Shown: in pieces, positions 26,427 to 40,868 of the stretch
Numbering within the stretch: the stretch's first letter is position 1
Layout of the letters: every line of letters starts with the position of its first letter
NCBI GenBank assembly: GCA_951406725.2
Contig: OX597815.1
Location: 22,320,001-22,384,000, forward strand
Length of the DNA: 64,000 nt
Reading direction: 5' to 3'
DNA from: Octopus vulgaris
Lineage: Eukaryota
Translations under genes and position numbers: made by a program
Notes under the pieces: model-generated
What the model saw: the letters and a program-made list of their open reading frames with translations, nothing else
Told to the model about the DNA's origin: nothing
Database searches by the model: none

Positions 26427-28959
26427 ATATATAATTCTTTCACACACTTTCACTGTATCTCTTTAACCCTGTGATAAGAAACTCTTCACAAACATGAGGT
26501 TCCGTGTTCAAGCCACCCGTGAGGCACCTTGGGCAAGTACCTTCTACTATAACCATAAATTGGATAGTGCTTCGTGAATAGAATTCACAAACATGAACAC
26601 AAACACACACACACGGGCGCGCGCGCACACACACACACATTCTTTCTCGTTTTCTTTCACTGGCTTTATTACAGGATGGAGCGTATTCAAGCTGTGACAC
26701 CACCTTCGAAAATTTTAGTCGACCATATTTATCCCACGATATATATCCGTCAGATACGTTTTTACTGAATGGTTACGTTAACGTTTTGAGATGAAGAGAC
26801 AAATTGAGACACCGATTCACACCGCTACATTTTATCATTTCTGCTAGCCTTTTGTTTCAAGAGTGCCACACAGGCCACACGTCTCGAATATTTCTTCCCG
26901 ATCAGGTTGTACACTCCACGAAACTCTTTCTATTTTCTATCTACGCTAGTATTTTCCGTCTAAAATAGAAACACGCCCTTGCTTGTATTCCTTGTTTGTT
27001 CTTGTTTTTGTACTAATCTTTTGATTTCGTTTTCGATTTCAGTTATACATCATTTTTAACACCCCGTGTAAAATCTACTGATTTCCAGACGAACGATACC
27101 AAGTGTTGAAATCGTAATTATTCTGGAATGAACATTGGCTGATGAGATGGGTCATGAATGTCTGTATCCCGACCTTTTCTTTTAGATGTTGTAGGCGTCC
27201 TATATAGATATATATGTGTGTATGTGTATTATATTATATTATATTCACTGATATGTGTTTGATTCTCAATAGATTTCTACTCCTTTTTTCATCACAATCA
27301 ATAACGATATCATTTAGAAGTAATGACTCTTCCAATAAACCAATCCACTATCCAAAGATAGTAGCTGAATTTCCCTCTACTCACGAACTTCTGTATAAAA
27401 CAGGACACTAGTTATGGGTGAAAATGGCGTTGTTTCGGCAAGAACTTATTTTTATAGTAGATTGCTCTTTCAGAGCTAACTTCGGGTTAGACAAAAAGCA
27501 TGATATATTTCAATTATGCCTTTTCACAAACTTTAGAACACTTTATTAAACAGAAAAATGGGCATTCCGTTTCCACTTTCTCGTCCGTCATATGACTGAT
27601 TTTTATGTTCATTCTTATGAATTAGAAAAGAATGAGGAATGCGCACTTTGAAGTTGATGTATAGTATATACAAAACTTGGCACCTAAAGAAACGAATAAA
27701 TCCATGCCTGATGAAAATAACGACAAAATAAATAAAAGGTCAGATCTTACGCTCAACTCACACAAACAGGACAGTCACAAATGGACGTGAGAGGTGTAAA
27801 TTTCTAATCTAGGTACATAGTTTACAGCTACACTTTACTCCCAAAGCCTTCCACAACAAATACATATAACATCTGAAAAAAATAACCCTTGATTTAATAG
27901 GATTCCTTCGAAGTGTGTGTGCGTTTGTGGGTTTCTGTGTATTTGTATATGTATACAACTTAGCTGAATGATTAGAAAATTCAGTTCATGAGACTCAGGG
28001 CTCAATTATAATATATATAGTCTTTTCAAAAAGTGTATCTTACCAAAGCGTCGGTATACACAAGCCTCGGGAAACGCATGGAATAGATTATGTAATTGAA
28101 AGGTTCTGGTTTGTGAAATATTGTGTGAGAATCACTTTAAGTTTAAACGTGTTTGTGGAATAATCAACCATTTACACACTTGCTCCACGAGATGGTAGTT
28201 TATTTGATCGAACAAATAAATATTTCCCGTCGAGACCGATGGAAATCCATTTATTTTATATGTACTGATCAACAAAACCGCAGTAGAACTAAGTCAGCAA
28301 AAACATTATTAAGAATATACGAAAAAGATTTGAGACTAAAATACTTTAAAGACGTCCACAATCTAATGATCGAAATAGTTAAAAAATTAGAATCGAAAGA
28401 AGGGCTTCCTAAGGCCAATAGAAAACAAAGATAAAACTCAACGATAAGTATGCAACAACAACAAAAAACACAAGTCGGACAGTTTGGGACAACTACGAAC
28501 ATTAATAGCGCCACGATAAAACAAATAATATACGCAGCTGCTACACTGGTTACAAAGGATATTGATTTTTTTCCCCTCAGATCTACGGATATAGGCATAT
28601 CAAAACCCATGCAAACAATACTCAGACATATGCACGCCAGACAAAAGTGCGTCAGCAAAAACAAGCATACCTTGATAAAAACAAAACAAGTCCCAAATCC
28701 TTCGAATTAAATGCGATATGGAAATTATATATTACTGAGTTTATTTAGTTTCATATGAATTACCTTACATTTTAACTAACGTATCAAAGTCGATGGATAA
28801 ATATATATATATGGCTAAATTTAATACACACACATACACACACGTGTGTGTGTGTATATACCTATAGGTATGGTGGGCTCTCCCGTCGATGACGACGTAT
28901 GGGAATTCAGATTTTGCTGAACGACCAGAGGAAATGATTTGTTTATAGTGATCAAATGC

Positions 28960-29078
28960 TCGCGCTGCACATTGGCTCGCTCTCTCCATCAAATTGATGG
29001 ACAACGCACCACCCGGACAAGGAACTGAAATCGCGATCGTTAGATCGTGAATGCAAACCGTAACTACTAAGCCATGAG
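28960..29078 (-). mobile_element. Degenerate tRNA-derived SINE head (family C-like)
   Basis: Minus strand ATGGCTTAGTAGTTACGGT...CACGATCTAACGATCGCGATTTCAGTTCC aligns loosely to the head at 2347-2410. Confidence 0.5.
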
Positions 29079-30859
29079 CTCTCATCTAAGAATAAAACAA
29101 AGCAAAATATTTATTTACCAAAACACTGTAAATAAAAACATGTATAAAACAACAAAAATATATATTAGAAGCGTAGAAATGCTGAAGATAGGGCATCTAG
29201 ATATTCCAATATATAATATTTTCCTACTGCTTGAGATGTTTACTTATGTAGGATTTTTTGTCATATGACAAAATTCTTTGTATGTGTTAATTCTATACGA
29301 GTGACTTAAAGAAGTTTATACACTGTAGGATGTTCATAACCAAATGCACCTTGAAATTCACTACATCATCTTTCTAGCGATGGACATTGAAGAGCTCTGT
29401 CACGAATTGACAGCAGAATTTAGAATCAATTCACGTGTCTTATAAAAGTAGTCAAGTCGATTTTTGATGGTGTGTGAAATATAATGAACGTCTTCAAAGA
29501 TATTAAAAATGTGGCATGGGCTACAAAAAATGTTAACATCTTGCACTTGATGTCTACTTGCTCATCATTACGATATCCACCAACAAATCTGTTTCGCTGA
29601 ATATTTCTGAAAAATGGACTCAATTCATGAATGAATGAAATAATGAGAACTTGTTGACAGAAGATCTAGTGCAATGCATTACAAAACCCTTTCTCAAAAT
29701 ATCACACAAAAGAAATAGATTGTAAATTGTTATTATAAGGAGCAAGTAATTTCATGTATAGAGCTTTCCGCTTTTCTTTTAAGAGAAGTGCAATTGGTAG
29801 TACTCTAGTTGTCTTCATAGTATGAATTCTTGTCAGCTGAAAGATGAGATGATATTCTTTAATGTTCCATAATGATAAAAGCAGTAACTATAAAGTGTGG
29901 TAATTCTTCACTAAAGATGAAATATATATTAGGATCATCCAAACCCAATTCATGTAATAAGGAAAGTTTCCTCTTCTCGATGAAGATATCAGTATACTGA
30001 GAATATCATTATATCTATTTCTAGGATTCAGTACCGCTTCACCATACCGTCGTTTTATGGATTGCTGTGTATTTAGAGAATTTAACAATGAATTTTTGTG
30101 ATATAACACTATTCTTCTTCTATCGAAAATCTTCGTTTATCTAGACGTATCTTGTACGTAGGCGCTCTTTACGGAAATGTTAATAAATGTTTTTCCACTG
30201 CTCTCGTCTATCACTCAAATACATGTTACCTCTACATTATTCCCTTATGAGGCATCAAGACTCGATACCCATCTTAAAGTTGTTATCAAATCGATAGATG
30301 CAACTGCTTTCTGATTTAAGCAGTTTCTCCTTCTGAGAACTTAATTCTATTCATTTTAAGCGACAAAAAATTTTCAACACTCCTTGACGAAAAACAACTT
30401 ATCTTGGTTTAGTGTAAAAAATCTATACAACAAAATGAAAAGCAGAACCAATATAAAAGTAAACAGCAGCATACTGCTAGCGATGTAATGTCATTCTTGC
30501 ATTTTGCAGCACTCTTTTGTCGGTGGTCTTTTGTTGTTCTCTATTTTGTTGGCGCTCTTTTGTTTGGTAAGTACATGCCGTCTCACCCAAGCAAACAATG
30601 TGAAGAGAAAAACAAACGAAATTAGTAATAAAAGTTCTCTTAATCCCTTAAAGAAATCAATAACGAATAGACACCAAAAATGTGTGGGGAGAGACGGATA
30701 TTATAGAAATATTAAATAACAAAAAATGTGCCTGGAATTTAAAAAAGCCTGAAAAAGATATTTGTATTTAATTGCTATGAATTTCTTATGAAAATCGATG
30801 CTGATTCTCTGAACTAAACAAACACTTGGACGCCAACATTAAATGATTTCATGAAGAAT

Positions 30860-32560
30860 TACATAAACATAAAATACAAATCAATGCAGTATCAACAGCA
30901 AATGACATAGAACAACTTTATGAGGTGAATATGGACAGCGAAGAGCTCGTCAGAGAAGAGAACATTCAAGACAAGTGGAACCCCTGTCTAATTATAAGGC
31001 CTTCTTTTCAACACAAGTAGCCAAGACACTAGAAAAGGGAACACTTGAAAATGGAAAGGCGCGTATACATTGCTGGGAAATATATTTAATGATCTATTGA
31101 AAGAACCATTAAAAGAAGAACTGAATGCATCTTCGTAAGGAAATGAATCTTAATCCCTTAGATTAAAAAAAAAAGACCCGCACCCTAATTCGTTACTAAC
31201 AGTGTAAAATGGTTTTGCAATAAGATAGCTGAGGATAAATAACTGCCTGAAAAACTAACAACTCACTTCCAGATGACCAGAAGGGAGGTTGAAAAGGATC
31301 ATAAGACTAATAATGATTTACTGGTCAACAAAACCATCATTAAAGAGTATAGAAAGAAAAGTCTTAGGGTAGTATGGATTGTTTACAAGAAGGTAAATTT
31401 CAGTGTTAAATAATCGTGGAATCTGGAAACATTTCCATAAATAAGGCATCACCTACAATACGCAGGTACATCAAAGTGTCATGATTTACAAGCAATTCTT
31501 TAAAGTAAAAGAATGCATTTAGAAACAGATATCAAATCTGTTTGAAGATTTCAAAGAAATTCCTTCTCTTCAATGCCAGTTCCTGTTATTTACACCAATA
31601 ACCAATTAAAGACGCAAATGCAAACACTGTAAGGAAACAAGCAACAACCTTTTGTATATGGACGATCTCGAGTTATATATAAGTAACTTCCAGAAGAAAG
31701 TCTGATTTGAAATTGGATTTCGAAAAACGTGGAAAGCGACTCCGGCCACAGAACAATTAAAATAAAATCACTAAAAACCACCAATATCTTGTTAAATGAA
31801 TAAAGAGCAATGAGAGAATTGTACCAAGTATGGGCTTAATATAAAGCAATCAATCAATAAAGCAGAGAACGTCAAGCACAAATGAAAGAAAACGGTCGGA
31901 AGGAATCTTATAGGTGTATTGCATTAAAAAAGAGCAAAATGCCAACCACTTAGGTAAATAGTATCAATAGTGCAGCTATTAGAGGAATAAGTTATAGTCA
32001 TCATATTCTCAGCTGGATGCTAAATGAATTTTCCTGTTCAGCAAGGCTAGACAGGAAAACAAGAAAATATTAACTGCATTTTGAATACCTACGTAAACTG
32101 ATCTAGACAGAAGCTTTTTTGCAACTTGACAACTATATAATATTTATTGCAGGACTAGGAACATATCACAAAAAAATAACAAGAAACTAATGCAAACAGC
32201 AAAAAGAAAATGTGAGCAAGACATAAAATTTGTTTTATATAAACAGTTGTGAGGACAAAACTAAACTAGAAGCCATGATAAAAATGAAGCACAGAATATC
32301 ATGAACGGATGATGACAACAATGATCGCAGCATGTCAATACCTGATATTGTTGAACAAAGCAACGTTGTAGGAAGAAAGAACTCTATATTGAATGCAAAA
32401 CGGAAGTCTCGAAGCTAAGATCAAAGGAATTTTCATTGCAGCACTGTTTGAATAGAAAATATACAACGCCATACACGGCCTCTTTTAGATGCAGCTGGAA
32501 TCGATCTAAGGAGGATACCTCCATGCCACCATGAAGTTTTGTCAATCAGGAGAATTACGT
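30860..32560 (+). mobile_element. Highly degenerate non-LTR retrotransposon RT region (R4/Dong-type)
   Basis: DQKGG.KGS...DLLVNKTIIKEYRKKSLRVVWIVYKK (~31273-31395) and NLLYMDDLELY (~31646-31680). Many stops and frameshifts. Confidence 0.8.
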
Positions 32561-32829
32561 TTCGGGATATTTTTTTTTTTTTGTTTGTTTCGAGATCTTC
32601 TGCTTACAATCCTAACTAGCCAAGATGTTTTCCTAACTCCAGTCGTAGAGCGGTTATGTGTCTCTGGTCAACGAATCTGGCGAGTAGCCTATACCGCTAA
32701 GGACTCCATAGGTGCGAAACCAATGGTCGCTCTCTGATTGGGCATAACAAACAACCTTCTAAGTATTACTGCTCTAAATATACATACATACATAATACAT
32801 AGTTATATACAAAATATATGTATGCGCGT

Positions 32830-32900
<71 letters not shown>

Positions 32901-33282
32901 GAATTAGAAGTAGCTACGTTATCGAAAACATATACTGAAAACATGTGCATTGCTAGTTTCGCCTGTAGGCTGTGTTTTACCGCTGTGGAGATGACTCATT
33001 CAAGGCGCCGAGTGTTAAAACACATGAAAGTCACAGAGAGACGAGACAACTCGACCCCAGTCCTATTCAGGAGCGATGGACATCGATGTTACGCCGTATT
33101 TGTGGCTTATCAGCATCACGTTCCTGAACCAAATTGTAGGCGAACTTCATTTCGCCAGTCCATGCTATATACAAATAGTGCAAAAATCCATTTGCTGGTA
33201 TGTATTCTCTGACGATGTATACGTAAGAATAAATTCAAATATGAATTAGAAACAATTCTAGTGTTGTAAGTAAACATGCACG

Positions 33283-33720
33283 TATGTATGTATGCATGTC
33301 TGTCTGTCTATCTGTCTGTCTGTCTGTATGTATGTATGTATGTATGTATGTATGTATGCATGTCTGTCTGTCTGTCTGTCTGTCTGTATGTATGTATGTA
33401 TGTATGTATGTATGTATGTATGTATGTATGTATGTATGTATGTATGTATGTATGTATGTATGTATGGATGTCTGTCTGTCTGTCTGTCTGTCTGTATGTA
33501 TGTATGTATGTATGTATGTATGTATGTATGTATGTATGTATGTATGTATGTATGTATGCATGTCTGTCTGTCTGTCTGTCTGTCTGTATGTATGTATGTA
33601 TGTATGTATGTATGTATGTATGTATGTATGTATGTATGTATGTATGTATGTATGCATGTCTGTCTGTCTGTCTGTCTGTCTGTATGTATGTATGTATGTA
33701 TGTATGTATGTATGTATGTA

Positions 33721-33751
<31 letters not shown>

Positions 33752-33800
33752 ATGTATGTATGTATGTATGTATGTATGTATGTATGCATGCATGCATGTA
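33283..33800. repeat. Higher-order compound (TATG)n/(TCTG)n array
   Basis: Alternating blocks, mostly joined by TGCATG. Confidence 0.95.
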
Positions 33801-34147
33801 TGTATTTATATAAATTCGAAAGGAATTTAAATGGTCTATAAAATCAATTTAGAAATATGTATCACTGGGAAGGAATAAAAAACGTTGAGAATTATTCGTG
33901 TCTACAAAGAGAAGTGTATTAGTGTCTACGAAGAGCTTGTTATACAAACTTTAGGTTATTTAAAAAGCAATAAATTTGTTAAGAAAGTTTTCTTTATAGA
34001 TTTGTTCTGTTACGTTCGCATTAAAAGACTAGAGTGAATTAATTCTTCGAAAGGTATGCAGTTGGATACTTTTAAAGAAATGTAGGTAAAAGTACGGTTA
34101 AAGGTAACTGATGCCCAAAAGAACAACTGCTTCTCTATCATCGTAAA

Positions 34148-34342
34148 CTCTCTTTACTCTTTTACTCTTTTACTTGTTTCAGTCATTTGACTGTGGCCAT
34201 GCTGGAGCACCGCCTTTAGTCGAGCAAATCGACCCCGGGACTATAGCAGAAGACACTTGCCCAAGGTGCCACGCAGTGGGACTGAACCCGGAACCATGTG
34301 GTTGGTAAACAAGCTACTTACCACACAGCCACTCCTGCGCCT
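34148..34342 (-). mobile_element. SINE family A with internal deletion
   Basis: Head (34241-34342) is fused directly to the tail (34148-34240) at CCCCGGGACT. Confidence 0.9.
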
Positions 34343-35325
34343 AGGGGAATAAGATAATAATAATAACAACAACAGTACAAGAACAACGCAAACAACAGCA
34401 ATGTCAACAGCAAAAACAAGAACAACAACAACAACAACAAAAACAAAAATAACAATAATAATAACAACAACAACAAAGCAAAATAACAAAAATAGAATTA
34501 AAAAAACCGACACTAAGGAAATGCAAGCAAAAATCAAAACAAAAGACATATAGCTCTTGCAGATACGTTTATTTACAAATATAAAAAGGTAACAAGCAAA
34601 TGAGGTAAAAAAAAAAACAACAGAATATAAAGTGGACACAGGTGAAACAACAGTGTGTAATGACAATTAAAACAAGGATGTTAATAAATATATTACGTAC
34701 AACATATAAAAATACTGAAAATGATAAGAAAAATCTTTAAAAATAATTATAACATTACAATAAATACGATAATTATTAGGGCAAGAACAAAATGCATTTT
34801 TTTTTATTAAGTATAAATTATTCAAATGGCAGCGGGAGTTTACAAAAATATAAAACAAAATTTTAAAAAATTAAATAAAAATATTGCAAGCACCAATTTC
34901 AGATAAGGACAACATGCCTATAATCAAAACAAATATATCTTCATCTTCTCCCTCTTTTTCTATAGATTTTTTTTTAAATGTTGTATGACTCATTCTTATT
35001 CTTATTAGACGCTTACGATCCTAGAGGTTCCTACGAGCAGGCTTATCATTTTTCATTCTATTCAGCTTCGCTATCCACACACTGCAGGTACATTAAATTC
35101 ATCAATAAGATATACAAACATTAATCTGCTGTTTCTATAAATACCTAAATAATATTCATAATGAGAAGAATGATAATAATTAAGGATGATGATGCATAAT
35201 GTGGATATAAAATTTAATAGTTAAAGGCGGTAGCATATACTTCATTTCTTTTTCTTTTTGCACTGGCATTAGCTGAATGTCATATAGTTTTATTTGTTTG
35301 CAACTCTAAGGATTCGTAAGAATAA

Positions 35326-35393
<68 letters not shown>

Positions 35394-35610
35394 TAGTTTT
35401 ATTTTTTATTAGCATGCTTTCACTATTACTACCGACGCATTATTATTATTACTATTATTATTATTATGTGCTATTATGCTACTATGGTTATTGTATTATT
35501 AAAGTGTTCTGCGTAGGATGTATTACATTGCCTATTAGTGCAATTATTACTGTATTATTATATGTGTTTGTAAGTCCTGGTATTTTTGTTATTATTATTA
35601 TTACTATTAC

Positions 35611-35653
<43 letters not shown>

Positions 35654-35700
35654 GTTATTGTTTTCGTTGTTGTTTTTGTTGTTGTTGTTATTGATGTTGC
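35326..35700. repeat. (TTA)n/(TTG)n-rich tract
   Basis: Direct inspection. Confidence 0.9.
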
Positions 35701-36359
35701 GTTGTAATTTATTTGTTTTGCCGCACGGCCTATTTATGCATACAACAAACATTTTACAAAGAGAAGATGTCCAACCAAATTATGTAAGAGCGAGGGGAAG
35801 GACACAGACGTTACACAATATATAAAGCCATGTGAAAAATTTACATAATTGCAGAATATAATTAGACGAGATATTTGTTTAAATATGCTTTAACGAAACA
35901 ACAAAAGAAATATAGCAATCCACCCAGACACGAGCAAAAATCTGCCATCAAAGCTAGATGAAATAGTCCACAGCTCGGCTGCATCTCACTCCTCGTATTT
36001 TAGCCTATTATATCCAAAAGTGTGCTTGAACATTTTTATGAGTCAGTTGAACTGTAGTCCTTGAAAACGTTCATGAACCACGGAAAGTTTTAGGTGCCTG
36101 AAACTCATCCCTATCTTCGTTTCATTCAGCTGCGTGATTATACTTCGTTTAATATAAAATTTTGTAGGCAAGAGATACTTTTCCGGATCTCTGCAAGGTT
36201 GACTGACTTTCTCTGGATGGCAGGTTTTTTCCTACCTTTTGCACCTTTCACGCCTTATTTTAATCCATCGTTGTCTGTTTCGTTTTTACGTTTCTTGTTT
36301 TTTTTTTTTTTACCTTTAATCGTCTGCGACAGCTTGTCACCATCTTTCTGTCTTCATTC

Positions 36360-36500
36360 CTTTTCTAATCTAGGTACAAGGCCCGGAATTTTGTGGGAGG
36401 GGCCAGTCGATCAGATCGACCCCGAAAGGATTGAAGGCAAAGTCGACCTCAGCGGAATTTGAACTGAGAAAGTAACCAACGTTTCTGCCAGTTCGCCGCC
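36360..36500 (-). mobile_element. Degenerate SINE B variant
   Basis: ATCGACCCCGAAAGGATTGAAGGCAAAGTCGACCTCAGCGGAATTTGAACT and TCTGCCAGTTCGCCGCC match family B. Confidence 0.8.
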
Positions 36501-38069
36501 TTTTTCAGTCTTCATTCCTCATTCTGACTGTAAGACTATGGCCGTAGTACTACTGGAAAGACGGGTCCTCAGTTCTTAGTATTTAAACTATTGTTCAACT
36601 TTTTCTTTATCGTCTCTTAGAACTAACAACGAGCCGTCCTTTTCTAGCACTTTCAGAGCTGCAACAATGGATGTCCCAAGAACATCAGTTTCTGTGATCT
36701 GTTATAATTGTTTCAGTCTTGATTGTTCTCTATTTCACCTTCGGCTATTTTCTGGACAGAAAGCCCTACATTTTCTCTGACTTCAACACAAGTAGCAGCT
36801 AGGCTTTCTACTCTTCATCACTTGTCTCACAGATATTTTTTCTGCAGCCATGACGGTTGGCTCTGTGCTCTTTAGGGGAGGGGGCATTAGAATTTACATG
36901 TCATTATAAACAAGATTAAGCCTAAAGTCACCAATTTTTGCTGCCATACCAATTTTAGTACACATCCTCGGCATTGTGGTAGGTGTGTGTAAAACTCGTT
37001 GCATTAGGATACTCCTAATGCTCTCTTCTAATTTTTCTACATTGTTATTTAATATATTTTGTTGTATCGACACTATTTTCTATAACTTATAGCTTTTACC
37101 CTAATGCCTTTTACTAACTGTCTTTTGCCAGTAACTGAGGTCTACTACCCTCTAAGTAATTCATTAATCTTATTGTAGACTTTACACACCGGGAAAGATT
37201 ATCGGTCATATCGGCCATCTTGCCGATTAATCAGTTTTGATAATCAACTATTTTTTGTGGGGTTTTTTTTTACTATTTATAGGCTCGTACACTGGAGCAA
37301 GAAAATCCAAAGTTAACAGAGAAATTCAAAAAATATAAAGGATTCAACATGTAAAAATAGCCAGTACTTGAACGCGCTGATCTACACAACTAGAAAAATC
37401 TTGGATTTGTGTATCTGCTCGTAGGTGTGCGAAAGTGAAGACACCCGTCCAATGTGTTAAGTTGATCGTTTTACAAAGAAATTAATTTAAAAATTATAAA
37501 GATTCCAATCGTATGTTTCAGGATATTTAAAAGTTTTCTATTAAAATGATTTCTGTTGCCTTAACCTCCTTAAAGGAACATAAAATTGAATAACCAAATT
37601 CGAGAAATCTTAAATGAATCCACTATACTAAAGATCTTTCTTGTGAGTCACGGCGCCATGATTCATGAATGCGAGAGAATGAAGAAATTAAGTTTAGCTA
37701 GCTAATTACTGAAATATGTATATCTATGTTAAGAGTTGCCTGTTTGGTTAATTGGATTTTTTTTACATTTTTGGTTTTATGCAAATAAAAGAACTGAAAC
37801 TACACATATTGGTTTTGCCGTAATACAATAATTAAACAAGGCGGAAAATTATGCGTAAGTACGGAATGTGGGCGTTTTGAATGAAGAAATTTGTGCCGAT
37901 ATACTGTTGAATGACAGTTCAATGGCAATAAAACGCACAACCTACACTAAAATGAGCTTAATTCTGCCATCATACACTTTCAAAATAGTGGATCCATGAT
38001 TACTATTAATTTTGATATATAACAATGTATTATCTACAATTACAATACGAATTTTCATATTACAATACA

Positions 38070-38448
38070 TAACGTGGCTGTTGAGTACAAGTTTGTTTCA
38101 AGTCCACAGCGTTGCACTTTGAGCAAGCTTCTCGAGCCAAGCAAAGTCTTGTGAGCGTATCTGGTAGGCGGAAACTGAATGTGTGTGTGTATGTGTATGC
38201 GTGTGTATGTATGTGTGTGTATGCATGTGTGTATGTGTGTATGTATGTATGTATGTATGTATGTATGTATGTATGTATGTACGTATATGTTCGTCCCCGT
38301 AGTCTAACGGTCTGGCAAAGAACCGATAGAATAATTACAAGGCTTTACAAAATAAGTACTGGGTCGATTTGTTCGATTAAAACTTTCAAGTCAGTGCCCC
38401 AGAATGGCCACAATCCAATAACTGGAACAAGTAAAAGATAAAAGATAA
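38070..38448 (+). mobile_element. Old degenerate SINE family A copy
   Basis: Diverged matches to body (CTTGTGAGCGTATCTGGTAGGCGGAAACTGAA), internal microsatellite and tail (ACAAGTAAAAGATAAAAG). Confidence 0.75.
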
Positions 38449-38599
38449 ATAATTGGCAGTCGAGTGATCGGCACCGGCCGCTGAGGCAAGACCGATTAAT
38501 CGCAAACAACCATTTTACCTATCGATGTGTCCCTATCCTACACTCTCCCGGTATGTTCGTCAGACAGATAATCTATCTAGATTCAGCCTCTTTAGATTC

Positions 38600-39300
38600 A
38601 TACTTAATACTGAAATATAGTTGTTTCATGTCCATGCTGGAAATCCAATTGGTAAGTGCCACTTCGCTGAATGGTTTTGCGAGGTTTTTGCACTCTTTCC
38701 CGTATCGGCTAACCCAACAAAATCTCAGCGAATGTCTAAAATGCTATTCCAGTACTGAAGAGAACATTCCAAATATTTTTTCGCGTCATTTAAAAGATGT
38801 AGTTGCTCTTTTGCAGTCGAAATATATTCAGTTATTAGCCTGGAGGCACCACTCTCGATGCCACCACTCGCACCCGTTGCAGACTTGTCATCCGGGTCCA
38901 TGAAGATTGTCCATCTCTTCAAGTCCAAGTTTTTCCCAAGCAGCAATTCTACCCCCACCGACCGATTCTGGCTGATCACAAGATACGTACACATTGTAGC
39001 CGTCGAAGAGACTAATCGCATTGATATCTACACCTGGCAGAAACGTTAGCACGCCGGGCGAAATGCGTAGCCGTATTTCGTCTGTCGTTACGTTCCGAGT
39101 TCAAATTCCGCCGAGGTCGACTTTGCCTTTCATCCTTCCGGGGTCGATAAATTAAGTACCAGTTACGCACTGGGGTTGATGTAATCGACTTAATCCCTTT
39201 GTCTGTCATTGTTTGTCCCCTCTGTGTTTAGCCCCTTGTGGGTAGTAAAGAAATAGATATCTACACCTATGATTCATCACATGTAGTCCCCAGGCAACGT
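38600..39300 (-). mobile_element. Degenerate APE endonuclease region of an L1/Tx1-like LINE, split by a SINE
   Basis: IGVDINAIS (after removing the SINE), YNVYVS, GVELLLGKNLDL..IFMDPDDK...SRLITEY...YWNSILD resemble the APE motifs D..a.sET, GV..L, D..Gr, rl..vY and GDwN.iLD. A possible ORF1 remnant continues to ~39700. Confidence 0.6.
39036..39255 (+). mobile_element. SINE family B, slightly 5'-truncated, with TSD
   Basis: 13-bp TSD GATATCTACACCT at 39023-39035 and 39256-39268. Confidence 0.93.
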
Positions 39301-39894
39301 ACAGTTATACGTTCTGGGTACAACTATGTGGAATGAGAGAAGAAAAGGGGAGAAACCACTTACCTCTATCTTGGAGAAACGTATATAAATCGGTATTCTT
39401 GACCGTGCGGATTATTGGAAAGCCTCTCTTAAATAATGATATTTGTGAGTTGGTGGCAGCAGCAGCAGCAGCAGTATTCAACTGTATCAGAATTAATACT
39501 GCTGACTCTATTATACTTGTTTTGACTTCCATAATTTATCTTGCCGTTGTCTTATTGCTGACGGTGTTGATGCTGCTTATGAATGCAAAATTCATTAAGG
39601 TGGAGTCACTGATCTTGATGGAGTTGGTCTAGTCGCACAGCACGTTGTTTTTCTTACTGTTCATCGTAACGGTAGTGGTAGACGTTGCAAAGAGGGCAAG
39701 TCATTGCTGATATAAGTAGCTAAGGGAAGTGAGTGAGTTTTAACCTCCTCGCCGCCGTTTCACTCACTTCCCATTTCGTTCTCCTGTTGGCTGACACAGA
39801 CCAACAACGTCATCTTGTTTATGTTATGAATATATTTGGGGATAACTGATTTTCTTGATCGCTACACGAGATCTAAGCTTCCCGAACGGAAACC

Positions 39895-40560
39895 ACAAAC
39901 AGTATGAAATGAAACAGTACATAAGTAACTGCGATATATGTGAAGAAGGTGGAGTAACATTGTCTCTGACTTTTAATGACATTGTCTTTGATTTCCAAGT
40001 CATCATCAGAAAAGAACACATATTCAGATATGACAAGAGTTAAGTTTTAAATAGTCTGGATGTTATGCCAGCATTATGAAACATCATCAGAAAAGAAGTG
40101 GAATAAACAGTAGGAAAAGTTACAGAGAAAGAAAATGGGACAATATTCTGGGATATTTCTCAAACACATTAACAGAGATCTGAAGGCTATCCATTAGATA
40201 TTGTTGTCGTGGAACACTGCGAAGAGACATATCTCTTAACTGAAGCATCAGTCATGAAATATGATAACATGGAGAAATTGCTGAATACAAAGATATGAAA
40301 ATAATGACAACCTGAATGAAAGATCTGAAAACAGAAACAACTCCTATAATAATAGGTTCCTTCGGAATGATAGAAAGAGATACAGACAAAGAATGGTAAT
40401 CTCAGCACTTACAGATAACATACAGAAAATCGTTATCGCACTACTAAGCACGGCACACATATATAGAACAATTTCTATACAACAAAGTAACGAGAGCGAA
40501 ACAAAACATTGCGCATACCTAAGGCACCAAGAGCTGCGACTGGCCATGCAGTGAAGACAC
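39895..40560 (+). mobile_element. Degenerate RLE-type LINE 3' end (R4/Dong-type)
   Basis: CDICEEG, KVTEKENGTIFWD, LDIVVVEHCEETYLLTEASV, YKDMKI, LKTETTPIIIGSFGMI and STAHI fragments. Confidence 0.75.
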
Positions 40561-40577
40561 AATAAATATATTAATAA

Positions 40578-40800
40578 TGGTTTCAAATTTTTGGTGCAAA
40601 GGCAACAATTTTGGGGGAGGGTTAAGTCGATAACATCGACCACAATGTTCAATTGTTACTTATTTCATCGACCCTAAAAGCTTGAAAGGCGAAGTCGACT
40701 TCGGTTGAATTTGAACCCAGAACGTGAAGACGGACAAAATAACGCTAAGCATTTAGCCCCTGCATGTTAACGACTCTGCCAGCTCACCGCCTTTAATAAT

Positions 40801-40868
<68 letters not shown>

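Noticed and set aside
27080-27175. CAGACGA...GAAA and CTGATGA hammerhead-like words (also at ~12430 and ~21825)
   Set aside because: Stems do not form convincingly. At best very old remnants.
28269-28664. Minus-strand hydrophobic stretch SFVTSVAAAYIICFIVALLMFVVV as the RTK transmembrane exon
   Set aside because: No convincing donor or basic stop-transfer residues. The plus strand (KQIIYAAATLVT) looks like a decayed R4/Dong N-terminal region. Unresolved.
37180-38540. Possible hAT-type element with ATCGGC/CCGATTAATC subterminal motifs
   Set aside because: No clear TIR, 8-bp TSD or transposase remnant.
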